Shown here: one piece after another, positions 34,442-42,653 of the stretch
How positions within the stretch are numbered: the first letter of the stretch is position 1
How the letters are laid out: each line of letters starts with the position of its first letter
DNA from: Pseudomonadales bacterium
Lineage (GTDB): Bacteria; Pseudomonadota; Gammaproteobacteria; Pseudomonadales; M0112
Direction: 5' to 3'
NCBI GenBank assembly: GCA_036568505.1
Contig: DATCSK010000015.1
Span: forward strand, 29,688-93,687
DNA length: 64,000 nt
Notes under the pieces: model-generated
The model's database searches: none
What the model saw: the letters and a program-made list of their open reading frames with translations, nothing else
What the model was told of the DNA's origin: nothing
Position numbers and translations under genes: made by a program

Positions 34442-34486
34442 AATAGCCCGCCAGTGACGGCATAATCACTGGCGGGCTATTTTGTT
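34442..34486 (+). terminator. Perfect 16-bp hairpin between ltp3 and the fadD19-like gene
   Basis: AATAGCCCGCCAGTGA-8nt-TCACTGGCGGGCTATT followed by TTGTT. Confidence 0.7.
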
Positions 34487-34514
34487 AAAAAGACTGATAT
34501 CTGGAAGAGACGTT

Positions 34515-36149
34515 ATGACGAGCAAACACTTCAACATCGCTGATTTATTTGAAATGGTTGTGGATGCGGCTCCTGAGCGTGAGGCGTTAATTTGCGGCGA
34601 GCACCGCGACACGTTCAAAAGCCTTGAAGAGCGTTCGAATCGTATGGCCCACTATTTGGCAAGCCAAGGCCTGGGTGCTGGCGATCATATCGGGTTGTAT
34701 ATGTATAACTGCAACGAATACCTTGAAGCGATGATGGCGTGCTTCAAAATTCGTGCAGTGCCTATTAACGTCAATTACCGTTATGTTGATGATGAATTGC
34801 TGTATATCTTTGATAACGCGGATATGGCCGGTCTAATCCATCATCGCGAATTCACCCCTTGCATCGATAAAGTGCGTTCGGCGGCACCGAAGTTGAAGGT
34901 GCTCGTGGCCGTGGATGACGGCAGCGGCATTGATGCCGGTGTTATTGGCTCGGCTGATTATGAGAAAGCGATGGCAAGCTCTTCGCCTGCGCGTGACTTT
35001 GGCGAGCGCTCCGATGATGACTTGTTTATTTTGTATACCGGCGGTACGACCGGTATGCCTAAAGGTGTGATGTGGCCGCATAAGGCCGTGTTCTTTGCTG
35101 CGATGAGTGGTGGTGGTGCTTTTACTGGCAAACCATGTGAAAAACCGGAAGACATCGTTGATCGGATGATGAATCCGGGTATCAGCGGCATTGCGTTAGC
35201 GCCGTTGATGCATGGTGCGTCATGGTGGTATGCCTGCATCATGCTATTGGCTGGTAATAAAGTGGTGCTTAATCACCATCGTAGCCTGAAGGGCGAAGAA
35301 GTCTGGGATATTGTGGCCAAAGAAAAACTCAATTCGGTCCAAATTGTTGGTGATGCGATGGCCATTCCGCTGCTGGATGCGTTGAATGAGAACCCTGGGC
35401 GCTGGGATCTTTCCAGTGTGTTTAGTATCGGCTCGGGTGGTGCGGTGTTTTCTGATGCCAAGCAGGCCGATTTCAAGAAAGCATTTCCCAATTGTTTTGT
35501 CATGAATGCCTTTGGTTCATCCGAGTCAGGTCAGATGGGATCTGATAGCGGCCAGAAAAAGGGCGATAACGGATTGGGCAATGTGGTTAGGTCACCGTAT
35601 ATGGATGTGATTATCACCGAGGGTGACGGTGCGCCGCGCCATGCAAAACCGGGCGAGACCGGCATATTCTCGCGCTCAGGGCACATCCCGCGTGGTTATT
35701 ACAATGACGCCAAGAAAACGGCAGAAACGTTTATTAATGTGGATGGAAAAATCTGGCTGTTAACCGGCGACGAAGCAAAACTGGAAGAAGATGGTCAGTC
35801 GATGACGATTTTCGGGCGGGGCTCTAACTGCATTAACTCCGGCGGTGAGAAAATTTTCCCCGAAGAGGTTGAGCAAGCTCTGAAAGCGCATCCGGATATT
35901 TATGATGCGCTGGTGATCGCGATGCCTCATGAGCGCTGGGGCAGTCAGGTGGCTGCTGTTATTTCTACACGGAATGGTAAAAAACTGACGTTGGAAGATG
36001 TGCAAGAAAAAGCACGTCAACATGTCGCCGGTTACAAAATGCCGCGCCAGCTGCACATCGCCGATGAAATTGGCCGTCAACCGAATGGCAAGCCGGATTA
36101 CAAATGGGCCAAGGCATATGCTGAAAGCCAAAAAGGTTTGGTTGAATAA
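34515..36149 (+). CDS. Acyl-CoA ligase, FadD19-like (steroid-CoA ligase family)
   Basis: NIADLFE, NVNYRYV, LYTGGTTGMPKGVMW, CINSGGEKIFPEEVE, GKPDY. Confidence 0.82.
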   Translation: MTSKHFNIADLFEMVVDAAPEREALICGEHRDTFKSLEERSNRMAHYLASQGLGAGDHIGLYMYNCNEYLEAMMACFKIRAVPINVNYRYVDDELLYIFDNADMAGLIHHREFTPCIDKVRSAAPKLKVLVAVDDGSGIDAGVIGSADYEKAMASSSPARDFGERSDDDLFILYTGGTTGMPKGVMWPHKAVFFAAMSGGGAFTGKPCEKPEDIVDRMMNPGISGIALAPLMHGASWWYACIMLLAGNKVVLNHHRSLKGEEVWDIVAKEKLNSVQIVGDAMAIPLLDALNENPGRWDLSSVFSIGSGGAVFSDAKQADFKKAFPNCFVMNAFGSSESGQMGSDSGQKKGDNGLGNVVRSPYMDVIITEGDGAPRHAKPGETGIFSRSGHIPRGYYNDAKKTAETFINVDGKIWLLTGDEAKLEEDGQSMTIFGRGSNCINSGGEKIFPEEVEQALKAHPDIYDALVIAMPHERWGSQVAAVISTRNGKKLTLEDVQEKARQHVAGYKMPRQLHIADEIGRQPNGKPDYKWAKAYAESQKGLVE

Positions 36150-36181
36150 TTTATTCAGACATTACTTGCGGAGAGTTTCTT

Positions 36182-37009
36182 ATGTCGAATTTTGAAGCAC
36201 TGGATATCAGCACCAAAAATTGCACCATCGAAAAAGACGGCCATGTGTTGGTGGTGACCTTGAATCGCCCTGAAGCTAAAAATGCACTGAGCAGTCAGAT
36301 GATTTTAGGCATGTACAACGCATGGCGTCGGCTGGATTCGGATCCGGATCTGCGGGTGGCCGTATTGACGGGCAAGGGCGATACCTTTTGTGCCGGCATG
36401 GATTTGAAATCCGGAACGGACGGTGATGCCGATGCTGCGATGATGCAGGAAAAAATGAAAGAAGTGCCGGATCTGCACTGGCAAGCACTGTTGCGTCACA
36501 ATCAACCGATGAAGCCTATTGTGATGGCCGTTGAAGGTTATGCGTTGGCCGGAGGCACTGAAATTTTGCAGGGTACGGACATCCGTGTGGCCGCAGAAGA
36601 TGCCACCTTTGGTGTGACGGAATGCAAGCGTGGGTTGTTTCCGCTGGGGGGCTCAACAATTCGCCTGCGTCGACAGATTCCTTATGCATTGGCAGCCGAA
36701 ATTTTGTTGCTGGGTCGCCATGTCACGGCGCAAGAGGCGTTGAGTTGGGGTCTGATTAATCGCCTCGTGCCAAAAGGTAAAGCTCTGGAAGAGGGTTTGA
36801 AGATTGCTCATGAAATTGCCGATGAAAACGGCCCCTTATCAATCCAGGCCATTGTGAAGTCGTTGCGCGAGAATCAGCATAACTTGTCAGAAAAAGAAGC
36901 CTTGGCCAATGAAGAGCAATTGGGTTGGCCCGTATTCGCATCGGCCGATGCCAAAGAAGGCATGCGAGCCTTTAAGGAAAAGCGCAAGCCGGTTTTTCAG
37001 GGTAAGTAA
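36182..37009 (+). CDS. Enoyl-CoA hydratase, EchA19-like
   Basis: NRPEAKNALS, FCAGMDLK, AGGTEILQGTDIRVA, LRRQIPY. Confidence 0.82.
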   Translation: MSNFEALDISTKNCTIEKDGHVLVVTLNRPEAKNALSSQMILGMYNAWRRLDSDPDLRVAVLTGKGDTFCAGMDLKSGTDGDADAAMMQEKMKEVPDLHWQALLRHNQPMKPIVMAVEGYALAGGTEILQGTDIRVAAEDATFGVTECKRGLFPLGGSTIRLRRQIPYALAAEILLLGRHVTAQEALSWGLINRLVPKGKALEEGLKIAHEIADENGPLSIQAIVKSLRENQHNLSEKEALANEEQLGWPVFASADAKEGMRAFKEKRKPVFQGK

Positions 37010-37025
37010 GCGAGTGACTGAATAG

Positions 37026-37059
37026 ACAAACCCCGTGCCGTGCGCGGGGTTTGTTGTTT
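37026..37059 (+). terminator. Intrinsic terminator-like hairpin after the echA19-like gene
   Basis: ACAAACCCCGTGC-CGT-GCGCGGGGTTTGT followed by TGTTT. Confidence 0.65.
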
Positions 37060-37079
37060 CTGGAATCAAGGAGAGTGTG

Positions 37080-38246
37080 ATGGGGCCGTTAAAGGGTATC
37101 CGGGTTGTTGAAATGGTCGGTATTGGTCCTGGCCCTTATGCGGCGATGTTGCTGTCCGATATGGGCGCTGAAGTCATCCGCATTGATCGCGCGACAGCCG
37201 GCCCTGCGAATGCGTGGGACGTGCTCACGCGCGGCCGCAAGTCGCTTGCCGTGAACTTGAAGTCTGTTGAGGGCAAAGAAGCTGTTTTAAAATTATTGGA
37301 AACGGCCGATATCTTGATTGAGGGTTATCGTCCGGGCGTCATGGAAAAGCTTGGTTTGGGGCCGGACGTATGCCTTGGGCGTAATCCTAAATTGGTGTAT
37401 GGACGCATGACGGGTTGGGGGCAATACGGGCCGCTCGCTCAATCCGCCGGGCACGACATTAATTATATTGCGATCACCGGCGCACTGGCATCGATTGGCC
37501 GGGCGGGTGAGGCACCGGTGCCGCCATTAAATCTGGTGGGCGATTTTGGGGGCGGAACCCTGTTCTTGGTGGTCGGGATACTGGCCGCGCTATGGGAGTC
37601 GGCTCAATCAGGGCAGGGGCAGGTGGTTGATGCGGCTATTAGTGATGGAACGATTTCGTTGATGTCAGCGGTGCACTCGCTGGTCAGTATCGGCTTATGG
37701 AATGACGAGCGGGGAACCAATCTTCTTGATGGCGGCGCCCCCTTTTATGATTGTTACCAATGTGCCGATGGGGAGTGGGTCGCGATTGGAGCGGTTGAGC
37801 CGCATTTTTTTGCACAGTTATTAGAGAGGATAGGGCTGGCTGCTGTAGAGACCGCAGGCGGCGATGCGCTTCAAGGTTTCGACGCCCAGTTTGATCGCGC
37901 GCGTTGGCCTGCCCTGCGAGAAAGCTTAAGAAAAACATTCGCGAGCCAGCCGCGCCAGTATTGGTGTGAGCAATTGGAGGGCAGTGATGGCTGCTTTGCT
38001 CCGGTTTTATCGATAAAAGATGCGCCATCGCATGCGCACAATCAGGCCCGACAAGCCTTTATTGAACGGCATGGTGTGGTACAGTCGGCACCGGCGCCAC
38101 GTTTTAGCCGGACGGCCTCGGAGGTTCAGGGCGACCCGGTGGCAGTGGGTGCTCATACCGAGCAGCTATTGATTGAATTGGGTTATAAGCCTGCTGAAAT
38201 CGAACGGATGAAGTCAGCGGGTACTGTATTGCAGGGGGATGCATGA
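37080..38246 (+). CDS. CaiB/BaiF family protein, alpha-methylacyl-CoA racemase-like
   Basis: GIGPGP, EGYRPGVMEKLGLGP, GRMTGWGQ, GHDINY, NLVGDFGGG. Confidence 0.88.
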   Translation: MGPLKGIRVVEMVGIGPGPYAAMLLSDMGAEVIRIDRATAGPANAWDVLTRGRKSLAVNLKSVEGKEAVLKLLETADILIEGYRPGVMEKLGLGPDVCLGRNPKLVYGRMTGWGQYGPLAQSAGHDINYIAITGALASIGRAGEAPVPPLNLVGDFGGGTLFLVVGILAALWESAQSGQGQVVDAAISDGTISLMSAVHSLVSIGLWNDERGTNLLDGGAPFYDCYQCADGEWVAIGAVEPHFFAQLLERIGLAAVETAGGDALQGFDAQFDRARWPALRESLRKTFASQPRQYWCEQLEGSDGCFAPVLSIKDAPSHAHNQARQAFIERHGVVQSAPAPRFSRTASEVQGDPVAVGAHTEQLLIELGYKPAEIERMKSAGTVLQGDA

Positions 38247-38926
38247 GCGATACCGAAACCTTCCAGTTGTTTGCGGAGATTGCGCGCAAGCGCCGCTCGG
38301 TGAGAGCCTTTCATAAAGAGCCGGTGCCCGAGTCTATTTTGAAAGCGGTCTTTGAGGTTGCACAGACAGCGCCATCGAATTGCAATACCCAGCCCTGGCA
38401 GGTGCACGTGGCATCCGGTGAGGTATGCGAGCGATTGCGCTCACGCATTTCAGCCGTGGCAACGGCAGGACAGATACCGACTTGGGACTTTCCTTACGAC
38501 TTTAATTATCCCGGGGTGTATCGGGATCGGCAGTATGCGGCTGCCCGGACCCTGTATGAAGCATTGAATATCACGCGAGAAGACAAGGCGGGTCGAACGG
38601 CTGCATTTAATCGGAATTACACGTTTTTTGATGCGCCCCATGTGGCATTTTTGTTTTTGCCGGAGCCCTTTGGATTGCGAGAGGCCGCTGATCTTGGCAT
38701 GTATGCGCAAAACCTTATGTTGGCCTTAACCGCGCATGGCATTGGTAGCTGTCCGCAGACGGCGCTTAGTTTTTACCCCGATATCGTGCGCGATGAATTG
38801 GGTATCGCTGCGGAGCAACGCCTGTTGTTCGGTTTATCGTTCGGTTATGCGGATGAGTCGCACGCGTCAGCCCTTGCGCGCACCCGGCGTGCGGCATTAA
38901 GCGATATTGTTACTTTCCATTCTTGA
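38243..38926 (+). CDS. Nitroreductase family flavoprotein
   Basis: RRSVRAF, APSNCNTQPW, FFDAPH, GIGSCPQ. Confidence 0.88.
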   Translation: MSDTETFQLFAEIARKRRSVRAFHKEPVPESILKAVFEVAQTAPSNCNTQPWQVHVASGEVCERLRSRISAVATAGQIPTWDFPYDFNYPGVYRDRQYAAARTLYEALNITREDKAGRTAAFNRNYTFFDAPHVAFLFLPEPFGLREAADLGMYAQNLMLALTAHGIGSCPQTALSFYPDIVRDELGIAAEQRLLFGLSFGYADESHASALARTRRAALSDIVTFHS

Positions 38927-38935
38927 GGCCTTCTG

Positions 38936-39703
38936 ATGCCGGATACCATTTTGCAGGAACTGAGTGATGGCGTGCTAGTCATCACATTGAATCGGCCGCA
39001 CAGAAAAAATGCATTCAACAATGAACAGTGGCATGCCTTTGCCGATGCGATGGAGTCAGCTCAATCGAATGATCGCGTGAACGTGGTGGTGATTACCGGC
39101 GCAGGGGGGCATTTCTCTTCGGGTGTCGATCTGGCCGAATTTGGTGGTGAAGAAGGCGCCAAGCCTTTCGAACGGGCTTCGTGGGCAGTGATGAATTTTG
39201 ACAAACCTTTGATTGCTGCGGCGCCGGGGGTGGCGATTGGCGGCGGCGCAACCCTGTTGTTCCATTGCGATGTTGTGTATGTTGGCGAAAGTTTGAAAAT
39301 GCGGCTTCCTTTTGTGAATTTAGGGTTGGTGCCCGAGTGGGCCAGCAGCTACATGTTGCAAGTGAATATTGGCGCTCGCCGCGCGGCAGAGCTGTTTTAT
39401 ACGGCAGAATGGATTAATGCGGAGCGTGCAGTCGAAACCGGCATTGCAACGCGTGCGTATGCCGATGATGCGTTGCTGGACAAAGCAAAAGCCAAGGCCG
39501 CTGAAATGGCGCAATGGCCCGTACGGTCATTGCAAGAAACCAAACGGTGCTTGAAGGTCGCGCATCAGGCCGGTATTCAGGCCGCCGTGGAAGTTGAGAT
39601 GGCCGGTATGCAGAAGCAGGCGGGTAGCCCCGAGAATATCGAGGCAGTGATGGCGTTTATGGAGAAGCGCCAACCCGATTTTAAAAAGTTGCTGACGGAC
39701 TGA
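38936..39703 (+). CDS. Enoyl-CoA hydratase/isomerase family protein
   Basis: NRPHRKNAF, FSSGVDL, AIGGGAT, PFVNLGLVPE. Confidence 0.88.
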   Translation: MPDTILQELSDGVLVITLNRPHRKNAFNNEQWHAFADAMESAQSNDRVNVVVITGAGGHFSSGVDLAEFGGEEGAKPFERASWAVMNFDKPLIAAAPGVAIGGGATLLFHCDVVYVGESLKMRLPFVNLGLVPEWASSYMLQVNIGARRAAELFYTAEWINAERAVETGIATRAYADDALLDKAKAKAAEMAQWPVRSLQETKRCLKVAHQAGIQAAVEVEMAGMQKQAGSPENIEAVMAFMEKRQPDFKKLLTD

Positions 39704-39704
39704 C

Positions 39705-40292
39705 TTATTCGCCGCGCTCGGGGAACGGATCCATCAACTTTTCGGCAATGGTTTCCAGTACGGCTTTGCGCTCGGCGTCATCGGCATCCGGGTTCAGTGG
39801 TTTGGCGGCACTGCGTAGCCAAATTGCCTTTCCTGAGCGTGTATCAATAGCCCCGATGATTAATTTGCCTTTCTGATAGAACTCAATGCCTTCGGGTTGT
39901 TCCTTTTTCCAGTCGGTTCTGCGTTCCGGTAATGTGTCGCGATCAAAGCGCCATTCCACACCGTATTCGGCGGCGGCAATCTCATTCGCCTGATAGAGCT
40001 CTCTTTTTTCAGGCAGGATCATGATGCGATAATCGAGCTCCATGTCAGCGCCCTTGGTAAGCTTTTCGTAGCCTTTTTCAGCCATGATGCGATCGACCTG
40101 CACACGAAAAAAACGGTGCATCAAGTCATTGGTGTCATCGGCCTCAGGTTTCTCGACGTCGGGCATCAAGGCCCATTGATAGGTTTTCATGCCTTTGAGC
40201 AGAAGCGGCTTTTCGCGCAAGGTTTCGGTTTCAATGCCCGAGCAGGCAGTGATGGCTAATACAGTGATCAGAGTTAAAACCCAGCGCGTCAT
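39705..40292 (-). CDS. DUF4136-like lipoprotein
   Basis: Signal peptide with lipobox ITAC; G.L.I..ID.R....IW and FP C-terminal pattern. Confidence 0.7.
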   Translation of the reverse strand: MTRWVLTLITVLAITACSGIETETLREKPLLLKGMKTYQWALMPDVEKPEADDTNDLMHRFFRVQVDRIMAEKGYEKLTKGADMELDYRIMILPEKRELYQANEIAAAEYGVEWRFDRDTLPERRTDWKKEQPEGIEFYQKGKLIIGAIDTRSGKAIWLRSAAKPLNPDADDAERKAVLETIAEKLMDPFPERGE

Positions 40293-40302
40293 GCCGCAAT
40301 CC

Positions 40303-41478
40303 TCAAATGATTTCAATTGCAACGGCAGTCGCTTCACCGCCACCGATGCACAGGGAAGCAATGCCTTTTTGTTTTCCGTAGCGCTTCAATGCATACAGAA
40401 GAGAGACGATAATCCGCGAGCCCGTGGATCCGATCGGATGACCTTGTGCGCAGGCGCCACCATGAATGTTGACTTTGGCATGATCAAGCTTCAAATCCGC
40501 TATCGCCAGCATGGTGACCATGGCGAAGGCTTCATTGATTTCAAAAAGATCCACCTCGTCGATCTTCCAGTCGGTGCGTGCCAGTAGTTTTTTGACGGCG
40601 CCTACCGGGGCCAGCGTGAATGCTTCGGGAGCTTGTGAATGGCGTGCATGACCGGCAATGCGTGCCAACGGTTTTAAGCCGAGCGCTTTGGCACGCGATT
40701 CACTCATCAATATCAGTGCCGAGGCACCATCAGAAATCGAGCTGGCATTGGCAGCGGTAATCGTGCCGTCTTTAGCGAAGGCCGGTTTTAGCTGAGGGAT
40801 CTTTTCCATTTTGGCTTTGAGCGGTTGCTCGTCATCGGTCACGACAACATCGCCCTGGCGCGTTTTGATCGTAACGGGTGCGATTTCGTCGGTGAGCAAG
40901 CCTTCTTTGATGGCGCGTTGTGCACGCGTGAGAGATTCAATGGCAAAGGTATCCATGGCTTCGCGAGTCAGGCCACGGGTATTGGCCGTTTCTTGAGCGA
41001 AGCTGCCCATGGGGCGGCTGGTAAAGGCATCTTCCAGACCGTCAAAAAACATATGGTCTTTCAGTTCGGTGTGACCGGTGCGCACGCCGCTGCGGGCATG
41101 CGGCAGAATATGGGGGGCATTGGTCATGCTTTCCATGCCGCCAGCGAGGACGATATCGCAAGAGCCGGCACGAATTTGGTCGTGAGCATAAATCACGGCT
41201 TGCATGCCAGAGCCGCACAATTTATTGAGTGTGACGCAGCCGGTTGAGGCGGGCACGCCGGCGTGAAGGGCGGCTTGGCGCGCAGGGCCTTGTTTGAGGC
41301 CGGCGGAGAGCACGCAACCCATAATGACTTCATCAATTTGTGCAGCATCAATGCCGGCGCGTTGAATTGTCTCAGCAATGGCCGTGGTGCCGAGTTCAAC
41401 GGCCGATACTCCGGAGAGGCTGCCTTGTAAGCCGCCCATGGGGGTGCGAGCAGCTGCCACGATAACCACGTTTTCCAT
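40303..41478 (-). CDS. Acetyl-CoA C-acyltransferase (thiolase)
   Basis: NKLCGSG, EINEAF, GHPIG, SLCIGGG. Confidence 0.93.
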   Translation of the reverse strand: MENVVIVAAARTPMGGLQGSLSGVSAVELGTTAIAETIQRAGIDAAQIDEVIMGCVLSAGLKQGPARQAALHAGVPASTGCVTLNKLCGSGMQAVIYAHDQIRAGSCDIVLAGGMESMTNAPHILPHARSGVRTGHTELKDHMFFDGLEDAFTSRPMGSFAQETANTRGLTREAMDTFAIESLTRAQRAIKEGLLTDEIAPVTIKTRQGDVVVTDDEQPLKAKMEKIPQLKPAFAKDGTITAANASSISDGASALILMSESRAKALGLKPLARIAGHARHSQAPEAFTLAPVGAVKKLLARTDWKIDEVDLFEINEAFAMVTMLAIADLKLDHAKVNIHGGACAQGHPIGSTGSRIIVSLLYALKRYGKQKGIASLCIGGGEATAVAIEII

Positions 41479-41541
41479 GCTGGGGTACCTGCTTTTTCGT
41501 GAAAAAACGAGAGCCGGCATTTAGCCACAGGGGGGGCTGTT

Positions 41542-42537
41542 TCACAAGTCGCGAGCACTGAACAGCTTGCCGCGTACGGCTTCGCGATAGGCTTTGGGTG
41601 TACGTTGCATGGCCTGACGAAAACAAGCACCGAAATGACTGGGATTATTGAAGCCGCATTGCCAGGCAATTTCACTCAAACTCAGATCGCTGTGCTTGAG
41701 CAAGTCACGAGCACTGTCGATACGCAGACGGGTTAAGTACTGATGGGGTGATTCAGCGACGGCCTGTTGAAAACGGCGATGAAAGGTGCGAACGCTGATG
41801 CCCAATAACGTGGCCAATGTTTCAAAACGTATTTTTTCAGGCAGGTGCTCGCGCAGCCAGTCTTGTGCTTGAGCGACCAGCTCATCGTGGTGTACATGGT
41901 GGCTTTCAGCGCTGTAGAGGTTTTGTTCGTAGGGGCTGCGAATTTCAGGTGAAAAATGGCTTTCGACTTCGCGGGCGGTGTCCAGATCATAGAGTTCTTG
42001 AATGAAATGAATCATGAGGTCAGCGACGGCGTTAATGCTGGCCGAGCAATACAGGCTACCCGAGCGGGTGATCAGGTGGCGACGTTGCAGGTGTACGTTT
42101 GGATAGTGCTGGGCAAAGCGTTCGAAATCATGCCAATGGGTGGTGGCGGGTTTGCCGTTCAGCAGGCCGGCACGCGCGAGAAAGCCGGCACTGGAGCCTG
42201 CCGCGCAGATGCGGGTGCCGGCGGCATGGTGTTGGCTCAGCCAGTCGAATAGGGCCGGGTGGCTGCGCAGTGCGCGATCCGGGTTGCGCCAGAGTGCCGG
42301 TAACATGATCAGGTCGGTTGCGCCGGGCGCCGGCAGCGGGTTTTCGGCGCGCAATATCAGGCCGCTGGCCGTCGTGACTTGGTGGCGACGCGTGCCGGAG
42401 CAGTGGGCCAGCACAAGCGGCTGGCTGTGTCGATGCCGCCGCCGGTAGACGTTATCGGCAGCGTTCAGCATTTCCGCAGTCAGTGTGATGCTGGAGGCCA
42501 GGGCTTGTTCCAGGATCAGTAGCGTGGCATGCGGCAT
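41542..42537 (-). CDS. GlxA-family (DJ-1/AraC) transcriptional regulator
   Basis: GLLNGKPATTHW N-domain; C-terminal double HTH (RTFHRRF, IAWQCGF, TPKAYR). Confidence 0.88.
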   Translation of the reverse strand: MPHATLLILEQALASSITLTAEMLNAADNVYRRRHRHSQPLVLAHCSGTRRHQVTTASGLILRAENPLPAPGATDLIMLPALWRNPDRALRSHPALFDWLSQHHAAGTRICAAGSSAGFLARAGLLNGKPATTHWHDFERFAQHYPNVHLQRRHLITRSGSLYCSASINAVADLMIHFIQELYDLDTAREVESHFSPEIRSPYEQNLYSAESHHVHHDELVAQAQDWLREHLPEKIRFETLATLLGISVRTFHRRFQQAVAESPHQYLTRLRIDSARDLLKHSDLSLSEIAWQCGFNNPSHFGACFRQAMQRTPKAYREAVRGKLFSARDL

Positions 42538-42653
42538 AAATGACCCTTTTTTTATAAAGAATGTCACTTTTATTATATTGATAAAGTCGTCATTTGCCTA
42601 GAATCAGCAGCCATGATTGGAGCCGGCCGGTTCCTGCTTTTAAAGGAGTTGTC

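Noticed and set aside
42562-42593. TGTCAC/GTCGT/GTCAT as tandem GlxA-family (ArgR/GbdR-like) boxes
   Set aside because: Spacing of 23 or 26 bp does not fit the 21-bp repeat period and the matches are too short
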